The notes beneath the pieces are model-generated. The model worked only from the letters and a program-made list of their open reading frames with translations. It had not been told where the DNA came from and searched no databases. This document shows positions 30,624 to 39,580 of a stretch of 64,000 nucleotides of DNA, piece after piece. The stretch covers positions 32,001 to 96,000 of the forward strand of contig JBFJHJ010000003.1 in assembly GCA_041613315.1 (NCBI GenBank), read 5' to 3'. Source of the stretch: Gemmatimonadales bacterium (GTDB lineage Bacteria > Gemmatimonadota > Gemmatimonadetes > Gemmatimonadales > GWC2-71-9). Position numbers and translations under genes: made by a program. How positions within the stretch are numbered: the first letter of the stretch is position 1; each line of letters begins with the position of its first letter.

Positions 30624-32057
30624 TCATCGGAGCCCCATCCAGACGGTCTTGGTCTCCGTGTAGCCATCCAACGCTTCGCGCCCCAGGTCGCGACCGAAGC
30701 CGCTCGCCTTGTAGCCGCCGAACGGTGCCGCGGGGTCGTACAGGTTGTAGGTGTTGACCCACACGGTGCCGGCCCGAATCGCCCGCGCCACGGTGAACGC
30801 CTTGCGGATGTCTTGGGTCCAGATGCCCGCGGCGAGGCCGTACATGGTCTGGTTGGCGAGGTGGATGCCTTCGTTCAGGTCCTCGAAGCTGATCACGGAG
30901 AGGACCGGGCCGAAGATCTCCTCGTCGACAATCGACATACCGGGTCGCGCGCCGTCGAACACGGTCGCCTCGATGAAAAACCCCTTGCCGTTGAGCTTCA
31001 CCGCGTTGCCACCGGCGACCAGCGTCGCCTCCTTCTTGCCTGCGGCGATGTACGACAGCACGGTCTCCTGCTGGCGCTTCGACACGATGGCGCCCAACCG
31101 GGTGTTCCGGTCGAAGGGATCCCCCGGCGTGAGCTTCTTGGCTCGTGCCGCGAGCTCCTCCACCACCTGGTCGTGCACGGCGTGCTCTACCAGCAGCCGC
31201 GAGCCCGCCGCGCACACCTCGCCCTTCCCGTAGAAGATCCCGTTCTGCGCGCCGCGCACGGCGGCCTTGAGGTCGGCGTCGGCGAAGATGATGTTGGGAC
31301 TCTTGCCCCCCAGCTCGAGCGTCACGCGCTTGAGCGAGTCGGCGGCCTGCCGCATGATCTCCTTGCCCACCGCCGTCGAGCCGGTGAAGGCGATCTTCTG
31401 GACCCCCGGGTGCGTGACCAGGGCGGCCCCCGCCGTCGTACCCCCGCCCGTGACGACGTTGAACGCGCCCGCCGGGAACCCGGCCTCCTGCATGATCTCC
31501 GCCATCGCCAGAGCCGTGAGCGGCGTTTCGGAGGCGGGCTTGAGCACGACGGGGCAGCCCACGGCGAGGGCCGGGGCGAACTTCCAGCTCGCGAGATTCA
31601 GCGGGAAGTTCCACGGGACGATCGCCGCGACGACGCCGACCGGCTCGCGCAGCGTGTAGACGAAGTCGGGCCCGTCCACCGGGAGCACGTGGCCGGGGAG
31701 CTTGTCGGCCCAGCCGCCGTAGTACTTGAGCGTCTCGACCGTCATCGCGACGTCGATCTTCGACTCGAACAACGGCTTCCCGTTCTGACGCGTCTCGAGC
31801 GCCGCCACGTCGTCGGCGCGCTGGGCCAGTAGCTCCGCCGCCCGGAGCAACATCGCCCCGCGTCGACGGCCCGCGAGCGAGCGCCACGCGTCGCTCTCGA
31901 AGCAGGTCGTGGCCGCCTGAACCGCGGCGTCCACGTCGGCGTCGCCGCCGGCGGGCACCGTGGCGATCACCTCTTCGGTGGCGGGGTTCACGACGTCCAG
32001 CGTCTTGCCCGAGGCGGCTCCTCGCCACTCGTTGGCGATGAACAGCTCGGTCTTCAC
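30624..32057 (-). CDS. Aldehyde dehydrogenase
   Basis: PWNFP, FTGST, LELGGKSP, GEVCAAG, EEIFGP. Confidence 0.93.
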   Translation of the reverse strand: MKTELFIANEWRGAASGKTLDVVNPATEEVIATVPAGGDADVDAAVQAATTCFESDAWRSLAGRRRGAMLLRAAELLAQRADDVAALETRQNGKPLFESKIDVAMTVETLKYYGGWADKLPGHVLPVDGPDFVYTLREPVGVVAAIVPWNFPLNLASWKFAPALAVGCPVVLKPASETPLTALAMAEIMQEAGFPAGAFNVVTGGGTTAGAALVTHPGVQKIAFTGSTAVGKEIMRQAADSLKRVTLELGGKSPNIIFADADLKAAVRGAQNGIFYGKGEVCAAGSRLLVEHAVHDQVVEELAARAKKLTPGDPFDRNTRLGAIVSKRQQETVLSYIAAGKKEATLVAGGNAVKLNGKGFFIEATVFDGARPGMSIVDEEIFGPVLSVISFEDLNEGIHLANQTMYGLAAGIWTQDIRKAFTVARAIRAGTVWVNTYNLYDPAAPFGGYKASGFGRDLGREALDGYTETKTVWMGLR

Positions 32058-32897
32058 TTACAGGCCCTTGAACGCAGCCATGCGCTTCTCGACGTACGCC
32101 GCCAATCCCTCCTTGGCGTCGTCGCTCTGGAACAGCTGCTGCTGTAGCTCCCGCTCGATCGCGAGGCCGCTCTCGAACGGCACCTCGAGGCCGGAGCAGA
32201 CCGCCCGCTTGATCGCGCCCACCGCCTTGGCGGCCTTGTTGGGCGGCGTGAACTGCTTGGCGTACAGCAGGACTTGATCCCAGAACGCGTCCTTCGGGAA
32301 GACCTCGGTCACGAGGCCGATCTCCTGCGCCTTCTCGAAGGAGAAGGTCTCGCCCTTGATCATCATCTCCATCCCCCGCGACTTGCCCACGAGCCGCGCG
32401 AGCCGCTGGGTGCCGCCGGTGCCCGGCAGCACGCCCAGGTTCACCTCCGGCAGCCCGATCTTGCCGGCGTCCTGACAGGCAAGGCGCAGGTCGCATGCCA
32501 TGGCGATCTCGAGCCCGCCCCCCACCGTGTGCCCGTTCAACGCCGCGATCGTGAGCTTGGGCGTGTGCTCGAGCCGGTTCAGCGTCTCGTTGGCGTGGAG
32601 GCAGAAGAAGTACTTGAACCGCGGCGTCACCTCGTTCAGCATCTTGATGTTGGCACCGGCTGAGAAGAACTTGTGACCCTTGCCGCGCAGCACGATCACA
32701 TGGGCCGCATCGTTCATCCGCGCGTCCAGGATCGCCTCGTCCAGCTGGCGCATCATCTCATAGGTGTATGTATTGGCCGGCGGATCGTTCAGCTCCAGGA
32801 TCGCCAGCCCGTCTTCGACGCGGTACTCGACGAGCGTTCCCGCCGTCGCGGCGGCCGCCTTCCCCGGCTTGGCCGTCGTCTTTGCGGTCGTTGCCAT
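32058..32897 (-). CDS. Enoyl-CoA hydratase/isomerase family protein
   Basis: FFSAGANI, VGGGLEIAMACD, GLPEVNLGVLPGTGGTQR. Confidence 0.88.
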   Translation of the reverse strand: MATTAKTTAKPGKAAAATAGTLVEYRVEDGLAILELNDPPANTYTYEMMRQLDEAILDARMNDAAHVIVLRGKGHKFFSAGANIKMLNEVTPRFKYFFCLHANETLNRLEHTPKLTIAALNGHTVGGGLEIAMACDLRLACQDAGKIGLPEVNLGVLPGTGGTQRLARLVGKSRGMEMMIKGETFSFEKAQEIGLVTEVFPKDAFWDQVLLYAKQFTPPNKAAKAVGAIKRAVCSGLEVPFESGLAIERELQQQLFQSDDAKEGLAAYVEKRMAAFKGL

Positions 32898-32903
32898 GAT
32901 GGG

Positions 32904-33509
32904 TCAACCTCCCTGGGTCACCGATGAAGAAGTGGGAGCCACGCCGTGCAGGTACAGCTCGGTGAATTGCTCGGCGAGGGCGTCGGGCGTGATCGGGCCC
33001 GCCCGGTCGTACCAGTTGTAAATCCAGTTCATCATGCCGAACAGCGCGTACGCGGCCACCCGCGGGTCGGGGCGCACACCGCCATCCGCGCGGAGCGCGT
33101 CGAGGAGCCGGAGCAGGAGGGAGACGTAGGAGCGCTTGAGATGCGTGATCTCGGCGCGCCGCGCGGGCGTCAAGCTCTCCGCCTCGTGGGACAGCACCTT
33201 CATCTCGTCCATGTGCTCGGCAAAAAAGGACACATGGTGCCGGATGAAGCGCTCCAGCCGGTCCACCCCATCACTGCCGCCCTCGACCGCCCGACTGGCG
33301 CCCTCCAGCACCCGGGCGAAGCAACGCTGCTGAATCGAGAACAGCAGCTCGTCCTTGCCCTCGACGTAGTGGTACATCCCGGCGAGGCTCATGCCCGTCG
33401 CCCGCGCGAGGTCACGCATGGTGGTGGAATGGTAGCCCTTGGCGGCAAACACACGGGCCGCCGTGGCGAGCAGACGCTCGAGCCGCTGGTCGTAGGGTCG
33501 CGTTGCCAT
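32904..33509 (-). CDS. TetR-family repressor (PaaR/KstR2-like)
   Basis: AARVFAAKGYHSTTMRDLA...MYHYVEGKDELL HTH; LFGMMNWIYNWY C-terminal domain. Confidence 0.88.
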   Translation of the reverse strand: MATRPYDQRLERLLATAARVFAAKGYHSTTMRDLARATGMSLAGMYHYVEGKDELLFSIQQRCFARVLEGASRAVEGGSDGVDRLERFIRHHVSFFAEHMDEMKVLSHEAESLTPARRAEITHLKRSYVSLLLRLLDALRADGGVRPDPRVAAYALFGMMNWIYNWYDRAGPITPDALAEQFTELYLHGVAPTSSSVTQGG

Positions 33510-33510
33510 T

Positions 33511-33554
33511 CGAACGTTCGTTCGGAGTTTATTCGCCCGGCGAACCCGGGTCAA
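33511..33554 (-). promoter_or_regulatory. sigma70 promoter plus pseudopalindromic TetR operator
   Basis: Minus strand TTGACC(33554-33549)-N17-TAAACT(33531-33526), then CGAACGAACGTTCG (33524-33511). Confidence 0.75.
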
Positions 33555-33603
33555 CTGGCGGCCGGCCGCTTAACTTTTCGGCGATGCTCTCGTCTTTCGT
33601 ACG

Positions 33604-34167
33604 GTGACCGTCCCTGACGCCCAGCCGGGCCCGAGCGACGCCGCGCTCATCGCAGCCTGGCGCGAGGGTGACGAGAGCGCCGCCCAGGAGTTGGTGCGGC
33701 GCCATGCCAGGGCGCTCGCCGGCTTCCTGGCCGCGGCGGGCGCACGGGAGGATCTGGACGATCTCGTGCAGGAGACGTTGTTCCGGGCGTTTCGGCGGAT
33801 CGACCGGTTCCGCGGATCGGCGAGCTTTCGGACCTGGCTGCTCACGATCGGCTCGAACGCGCTCAAGGATCTGGGACGGAAGCGCCGCCGCCGCCTCGTG
33901 CTCCCGCTGGTGGACCGGGACCTCCCGGATCCGGCGAGCGATCCGCACGGCGAGCTGGTCGAGCGGGACCTCTTGGCGCGGCTGGCGGATGTCGTGCAGC
34001 AGTTGCCGCGCCTCCAGCGGGACGTGTTCCTACTCCGCGTCCGAGAGGGGCTGAGCTATGAGGAGATCGCGGGCGCCTTGGGCACCACGCCGGGCGCGGC
34101 CCGGGTGCACTACCACCACGCCGCGAAGCGGCTGAAGGGAGCAATCACCCACGGCGAGGGTGGATGA
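33604..34167 (+). CDS. ECF RNA polymerase sigma factor
   Basis: DDLVQETLFRAF, FRTWLLTI, LSYEEIA. Confidence 0.9.
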   Translation: MTVPDAQPGPSDAALIAAWREGDESAAQELVRRHARALAGFLAAAGAREDLDDLVQETLFRAFRRIDRFRGSASFRTWLLTIGSNALKDLGRKRRRRLVLPLVDRDLPDPASDPHGELVERDLLARLADVVQQLPRLQRDVFLLRVREGLSYEEIAGALGTTPGAARVHYHHAAKRLKGAITHGEGG

Positions 34168-34191
34168 TGTGGATCGTACGATCGGCGAACG

Positions 34192-34608
34192 GTGATAGAC
34201 GACATGATTGACAACGGACAGCTCGAGCACCTCGCCCGCCGCTTGGGTGATGAGGAAGCGCGGCGGATCGATCCCGAGGCCACCGCCCGCGCCGTGCTCC
34301 GGCGGCTGCGCGAGGCACCGCGCCCCGGCCGCTGGTGGCGGCGCCCGGCGGTGCTCCGGGTGGCGGCCGCGGCCGTGATTCTGCTGGCGGGTGCCGTCGG
34401 CCTCGAGCGGGTGCTGTCCCGCGGGGCAGGCCCAGACCCGAGTTACCCGATCCTGGTGGAGCTCGCCGACCTTGGCGCCGACGATCTTGCCGAGGTCCTC
34501 GACTCGCTCGTCTTCGAGGCACCGGTCTCCGAGCTCGTGTCCGGCGGGTTGGGCGCGCTGAGCGAGGCGCAGCTCCGCGAGATCCTCGCGGTGATGGACG
34601 GCGATTGA
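34192..34608 (+). CDS. Putative anti-sigma factor (single TM helix)
   Basis: Directly follows the ECF sigma gene; central hydrophobic helix. Confidence 0.6.
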   Translation: MIDDMIDNGQLEHLARRLGDEEARRIDPEATARAVLRRLREAPRPGRWWRRPAVLRVAAAAVILLAGAVGLERVLSRGAGPDPSYPILVELADLGADDLAEVLDSLVFEAPVSELVSGGLGALSEAQLREILAVMDGD

Positions 34609-34652
34609 TGCGGGGTAGGGACGGAGTTGAGGCTCGATCCTTCGGAGGTGCG

Positions 34653-35144
34653 ATGCGGAGACTGATCATGCTGGTCGCGGCGCTGGCGCTGGCGGGAGCG
34701 CCCCTCGAGGGCCAGGACCCTCAAGCGCGCCAGGAGCAGCTCCAGCAGCAGATCGTCATGCGGTTCATGGAGAACCTGCGGGTACAGACCGCGATGACGG
34801 ACCAGCAGTTCCAGCGATTTCAGGACGTCACGCGGCGCTCGTTCGAGGCGCGGGGCGTGCTCGAGCGCCGGGAGCGCGAGCTGTGGCGTGGCCTGGAGGG
34901 GCAGATGCGCCCGGGCGTCGCCGCCAACGCCGACAGTGTCGCTCGGCTGCTCGACGGGCTGACACAGCTCGCGGGGGAGCGGGCGGCCCAGCTTCGCCAA
35001 GACCAGCAGGTGTATGCGGAGTTCCTGACACCGGTACAGCGAGCACAGGTGACGATGGGGTTCCGCCGACTCCAGAATCTGGTCGAGCAGCGGATGCGCC
35101 AGCGCGACATGCCGCCCGCCCGGCGGCGTCCGCCGGAGTTGTGA
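34653..35144 (+). CDS. Exported helical protein (Spy/CpxP-like)
   Basis: GGAGG SD, signal peptide, MTDQQ and LTPVQRA (LTxxQ-like) motifs. Confidence 0.6.
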   Translation: MRRLIMLVAALALAGAPLEGQDPQARQEQLQQQIVMRFMENLRVQTAMTDQQFQRFQDVTRRSFEARGVLERRERELWRGLEGQMRPGVAANADSVARLLDGLTQLAGERAAQLRQDQQVYAEFLTPVQRAQVTMGFRRLQNLVEQRMRQRDMPPARRRPPEL

Positions 35145-35223
35145 GCCTCGCGTCCCTCCCGGCGTCTTTCGGTTCGACCCGTCCGTCCATCCGTTCGGCT
35201 GACCCGCTATATTCCCCGCGGTC

Positions 35224-35306
35224 GCCCGAGTGGTGGAATGGCAGACACGCGGGACTCAAAATCCCGTGCCGGCAACGGCGTGCGAGTTCGACTCTCGCCT
35301 CGGGCA
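35224..35306 (+). tRNA. tRNA-Leu (CAA)
   Basis: GCCCGAG/CTCGGGC acceptor stem, CGGGA-CTCAAAA-TCCCG anticodon arm, long variable arm, GTTCGAC T loop; CCA not encoded. Confidence 0.95.
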
Positions 35307-35567
35307 CTATCCGACCTCATCTCGGCGTCCCTCTGACCGTGCCTCCCCGCATGTGCATGAAGCCAGCCGCGCGCGACGGCTTTGCATGCGCCGCTGCGGC
35401 TTGACACCGCCGGGCGCGACGATCCTCTTCTAGTGCATCCGCCGCACTACCGACCAGTGCCGGTGGCCCGTCGCCTGCACGTCGCCTGGTGCGGCGATCC
35501 CGCCGCCGGGCCGACGTCGAGATCCAGTAGCAGTGCGAGCGCCCACGCATTACCCAGGGGGGTACCC

Positions 35568-36095
35568 ATGTCCAAAGCACCACGCACCGTTGCGCTCGTT
35601 GCGGCGGTCGGCCTCGCGACCCTCGGCTGCGAGCGTTCGCCCGACGTCGCCGGACCGCTGTTCGGCGTCGCGGGAGCGAATCGCGTCGTCCAGTCGGTGA
35701 CCGGCAGCGGTCACTTCACGTCGGGCGGCGAGTTCCGAACCTTCGCGTTCAACGCCGTCCGGCGGGCCGACGGGACGGTCACCGGCGAGTACCAGGGCCA
35801 CAACCGAGCCGCCGACGTCCACTGGCACGGCAACGTCACGTGCTTCACGGTCATCGGGAACCAGGCCTGGATCGGCGGCACGACTGAGACGTCGAGCGAT
35901 CCGAATCTCATCGTTCCGGGGACGCAATCCGGATTCCGGGTCGCCGACAACGGCGAGGGAAGCAACACGCCGCCGGATCAGATCAGCCTCCAATTCATCA
36001 ACGCCGGTGCGGGGTTTGCGAACGCCTATTGCGGCGCCGCGCCCCCAGCGCCGGCCCTGAATGACGTACAAGCGGGGAACATCCAGGTTCGGTAA
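35568..36095 (+). CDS. Hypothetical lipoprotein
   Basis: Signal peptide ending TLGC; beta-rich mature part. Confidence 0.7.
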   Translation: MSKAPRTVALVAAVGLATLGCERSPDVAGPLFGVAGANRVVQSVTGSGHFTSGGEFRTFAFNAVRRADGTVTGEYQGHNRAADVHWHGNVTCFTVIGNQAWIGGTTETSSDPNLIVPGTQSGFRVADNGEGSNTPPDQISLQFINAGAGFANAYCGAAPPAPALNDVQAGNIQVR

Positions 36096-36119
36096 CCGAA
36101 CGCGACTCCCCAAAACGGA

Positions 36120-36157
36120 CTGCGCCCGGCGCACTACCGCCGGGCGCAGCTTCTTCT
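36120..36157 (+). terminator. Intrinsic terminator
   Basis: CTGCGCCCGGCG-cactac-CGCCGGGCGCAG perfect 12-bp stem, then CTTCTTCT. Confidence 0.7.
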
Positions 36158-36207
36158 CGCGACGTCCGTTGCCGGGGGAGGTGTGGCGCGCCCCGCGATC
36201 CCGCCGA

Positions 36208-37332
36208 TCAGAACCGGCTGGTCACCTCCAGCACGCGCCCGGCGAACGCCACGGCCGCGAGACCGATCGCCCCCCGGAGACGGCCGGGGCCCACGCCGTT
36301 GCACGTCGTAGAGTCGGCCCGGTCCCGTCGCATGATCCGCTGCGCAAATTCGGCGAGTAGGGTGGGCTCACGCACGACGGCCACGATCTCGGGCTGTAAG
36401 CGGTAGCCCACGATGTCGAAGTTGGCCGACCCCAGCACGAGCGCCGCGTCGTCCACGAGCATTGCCTTGAGGTGCGTCATCCGCCCCTGATACAGTGAAA
36501 CCTCGAGGTCGGCACGCCGGCACGCCTCCAGGATCGCCCACCGCATGACCGTCCGGTTGTGAATCTCCGACGTCACCACGGTCACGTCCACGCCCCGCCG
36601 TCGCGCCGCGTGCAGCAACTCGAAGAAGGGATATGTGATGTACGGGCATTGCAGATAGATGCGGCGTCGGGCCTGACCGATCAGATCCGCCACGACATCG
36701 AGGATCATCGAGTCGCCGCGTCCGGGCGTGATGAAGACGTCCACACCATCGAACCGACCGACGGCCCGCCCGTCCTCGCCCCGCCAGGTCGCGCGGAAGT
36801 CGTCCTGCAACAACCGTGCGACGCCGGGCTCCTCGACACGCAGCATCAGGTCGTGCCACGCGAAATTGTGCTCGCTGAAGTTGATACCGCCGAGGTACGC
36901 GACGCGGTCGTCAATGGTGACGAGTTTCTTGTGGTTGCGCACCGGCAGCCGGTGCAGCAGGCCGCGGATCGGCCAGACGAACGTGACCCCGACACCGCCC
37001 GCCCGGAGCCGTCGCACCATGCGTCGGGTCCGCCACGCTTCGCGCCGAAGTCCCAGATCGAGTTGGCCCGCGGGGGAGTACAGCAGGCGGTCGTTCAACA
37101 TGTACTTGGTGAACGAATCCACCACGATCCGACGGTCCCGCGCGCGGGACGCAAGCAGCGCGCCCGCCAGCGCCTCGCCGGCCGCGTCGCCTTCGAACGA
37201 CAGTGTCTGCACGAAGACGCTATCCCGCGCGGTGCGGATGTCGTCCGCCAGCGCGGGCCAGAACTCGTCGCCGTCGATGCAAAGCGACATCCCCACGGGG
37301 GCTGGCGGCACGCTGCTGAGAGGTTGGGCCAT
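36208..37332 (-). CDS. Phospholipase D family / cardiolipin synthase-like protein
   Basis: Two HKD motifs: RNHKKLVTID..GGIN and HLKAMLVD..GSAN. Confidence 0.88.
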   Translation of the reverse strand: MAQPLSSVPPAPVGMSLCIDGDEFWPALADDIRTARDSVFVQTLSFEGDAAGEALAGALLASRARDRRIVVDSFTKYMLNDRLLYSPAGQLDLGLRREAWRTRRMVRRLRAGGVGVTFVWPIRGLLHRLPVRNHKKLVTIDDRVAYLGGINFSEHNFAWHDLMLRVEEPGVARLLQDDFRATWRGEDGRAVGRFDGVDVFITPGRGDSMILDVVADLIGQARRRIYLQCPYITYPFFELLHAARRRGVDVTVVTSEIHNRTVMRWAILEACRRADLEVSLYQGRMTHLKAMLVDDAALVLGSANFDIVGYRLQPEIVAVVREPTLLAEFAQRIMRRDRADSTTCNGVGPGRLRGAIGLAAVAFAGRVLEVTSRF

Positions 37333-37540
37333 CCGACATGATGCCTCGACGGCCCCCGACGCGGTAGTGCGTGCGCGACCTCGCCCGCGCCGCCGCGCTC
37401 GACCCGCGGGCCCGGCGGCGCGCCAAATGCGGGCTATCGGCGCCGAATCTTCATCAACATCGAGGAGCCCGCTGATGGGCGGCAGGCGGACGTCGGGACC
37501 GAGGGCTGGTGGGCGAAGGCGGGTTGGGACCTGGGCGGCG

Positions 37541-37732
37541 CTACCGGGTCATGCCGATGCCCAGCTCGGCCGCCACCCGCTCTGTGACCCGCTCGATCAC
37601 GTCGGGCGTATCGTAAAACCCACAGGCCAGCCGCTCGAGGATCACGAGCATTCGTTCGTGCGGGAGCACGGCGATCCTTCCGGCGACAAGCACTCGGCTG
37701 CCCGGCGCCCGGCCCTCCAGATTAGCGGGCAT
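37541..37732 (-). CDS. Small FlgM-like anti-sigma28 factor
   Basis: ERMLVILERLACGFYDTPDVIERVTERV resembles the FlgM C-terminal sigma28-binding segment; preceded by a sigma28-like promoter; fliA nearby. Confidence 0.55.
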   Translation of the reverse strand: MPANLEGRAPGSRVLVAGRIAVLPHERMLVILERLACGFYDTPDVIERVTERVAAELGIGMTR

Positions 37733-37794
37733 GTCGTCTCATCCCCCGACTGCGACTGTCTCCCGTGGTAGGGACGGCCCCGTCCTTACAGAGA

Positions 37795-37821
37795 GTGTCG
37801 GTCGCCGTTCCCGGAACTTCA
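37795..37821 (-). promoter_or_regulatory. Candidate sigma28 (FliA) promoter for the FlgM-like gene
   Basis: TGAAGTTC-N11-ACCGACAC versus consensus TAAAGTTT-N11-GCCGATAA. Confidence 0.5.
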
Positions 37822-37988
37822 GTCGGATCGCCCCGACCAGCCCGGTCCGGCTGCTGCCCGAAGCCCTGCGGCGCAGTCCCCGACTCGGCGCAGGCCGCCT
37901 CCGACCCCGGCACCGGCCACCGCCGCTTGAGTGACACCCGCCGGAACGATCGTTAGCTTTGCGCACACCCGCGACCCACGGCGAGACG

Positions 37989-39353
37989 ATGGCGACCATT
38001 CTGTGCGTCGACGACGAACCGGCGATCGGGGCCCTCCTCGAAGACGCCCTCGACCGCATGGGGCACCAGGCGGTTCTCGCCACGAGCGTCGCTGAAGCGA
38101 TCAAGGTCATCGATCGGCAGGCGCCCGATCTCATCCTCAGCGACTACAACATGCCGGTCGCCACCGGTGTGGATCTGCTGAAGCGGCTGAAGGAACAGGA
38201 ATACGACATCCCCGTCATCATGATGACGGGGTATGCCAGCGTGGACAACGCCGTCACCTCGATGCGCTTCGGCGCCGTCGATTATCTCACGAAGCCCGTA
38301 CGCGCCGAGACACTTCGCATCGCGGTCACGCGGGCGTTGGAAGTCGTCCGCCTCCGGCACGAGAACGAGTCGTTCCGCCGGGAGATCAGCTCGCTCCGGG
38401 GCGAACGGGCGATCATCGGAGAGAGTGCCCCACTTCGACGAGTCATGGACGTGATCCGAACCGTCGCCCCGACGCGGGCCACGGTCTTGCTCGAAGGCGA
38501 GTCCGGCACGGGCAAGGAACTCTTCGCTCGGGCCATTCACGAGCAGGGTCCGCGAGCGAACGGACCGTTCATCACGATCAACTGTGCGGCGATGCCCGAG
38601 GGTCTCGTCGAGAGCGCGCTCTTCGGCCACGAGAAGGGCGCGTTTACCGGCGCGACCAACCGGGCGGAAGGAGCCTTCGAACGCGCCAACGGGGGCACGC
38701 TCCTCTTGGACGAGATCGCGGAGATGCGGCTCGATCTCCAGGCGAAGCTGCTGCGCGTGATCCAGGAACAGGAGTTTGAGCGCGTCGGCGGGAGTCAGAC
38801 CATTCGGGTCGACGTGCGGCTCATCGCCACCACCAACCGCAACCTGGAGCAGCTGGTGCGGAGCGGCCGGTTTCGTGAAGATCTGTTCTACCGCCTGAGC
38901 GTGGTGCCGATCCGGACCCCGACGCTGCGCGAACGCCCCGAGGACATTCCGCTGCTGGTCCAGCATTGCGTGCAGCGCGCCGCCGCCCAGTTCGGCACGC
39001 CGCGGGCGGAGATCACTCCTGAAGCGATGGAGCTGCTGCAGCAACATCCCTGGCCGGGCAATGTCCGGGAGCTGGCCAACGCCGTGGAGCGCGCCGTTAT
39101 CCTGTCCCACGGGAGGCCCCTCACCCCGAAAGACTTCGGGCCCCGTCCCCCGCCGGGCGGCGCCGATGGCGGAGCACGGCCACCCCCCACGCTCCCGTCG
39201 AAGCCCGAGCTTCCCCTCAACTTGAAGGCACTCGAGCAGCTCGCGATCGCCCGCGCCCTGGAGGCCGCCGGTGGCCACCGCACGAAGGCCGCCCAACTCC
39301 TGGGGATCAGCGAGCGAACGCTGCGGAACAAGCTGAGCCGCACCCCCAGCTGA
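37989..39353 (+). CDS. sigma54-dependent response regulator (REC-AAA+-Fis HTH; NtrC/FleR type)
   Basis: VDDE and SDYNMP receiver motifs, GESGTGKE, GAFTGA, WPGNVREL, C-terminal HTH. Confidence 0.93.
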   Translation: MATILCVDDEPAIGALLEDALDRMGHQAVLATSVAEAIKVIDRQAPDLILSDYNMPVATGVDLLKRLKEQEYDIPVIMMTGYASVDNAVTSMRFGAVDYLTKPVRAETLRIAVTRALEVVRLRHENESFRREISSLRGERAIIGESAPLRRVMDVIRTVAPTRATVLLEGESGTGKELFARAIHEQGPRANGPFITINCAAMPEGLVESALFGHEKGAFTGATNRAEGAFERANGGTLLLDEIAEMRLDLQAKLLRVIQEQEFERVGGSQTIRVDVRLIATTNRNLEQLVRSGRFREDLFYRLSVVPIRTPTLRERPEDIPLLVQHCVQRAAAQFGTPRAEITPEAMELLQQHPWPGNVRELANAVERAVILSHGRPLTPKDFGPRPPPGGADGGARPPPTLPSKPELPLNLKALEQLAIARALEAAGGHRTKAAQLLGISERTLRNKLSRTPS

Positions 39354-39363
39354 GCACCTCGAC

Positions 39364-39536
39364 CGGCAACCTTCGCCGGTCGGGGCGGAAGTTCTTGCCG
39401 GAGGGGAGCGCTCCGAACGTAATCCTCCTCACACTCGCGGCGCCTCCCAGATCACCTTCAGGCTTCGTAACACCAACTGCTACAAGCCGTTAACTCGTGT
39501 CGCCGAGCCGCCCGACGGGACGGTACGCGACTTGCG
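39364..39536 (+). promoter_or_regulatory. Tandem enhancer sites, IHF-like site and sigma54 promoter upstream of flhG-fliA
   Basis: CGGCAAcctTCGCCG (39364) and CGGAAGttcTTGCCG (39386); CTACAAGCCGTTA (39480); CGGTACGCGACTTGCG with GG-N10-GC (39521-39536). Confidence 0.65.
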
Positions 39537-39580
39537 TTAACGGAGCGCGCTTGCTCTCGAACCCCGTGAGGAGGCCGTGC

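Noticed and set aside
37434..37441. sigma28 -10 box (GCCGATAG, minus strand) upstream of the PLD gene
   Set aside because: No matching -35 element at the right spacing
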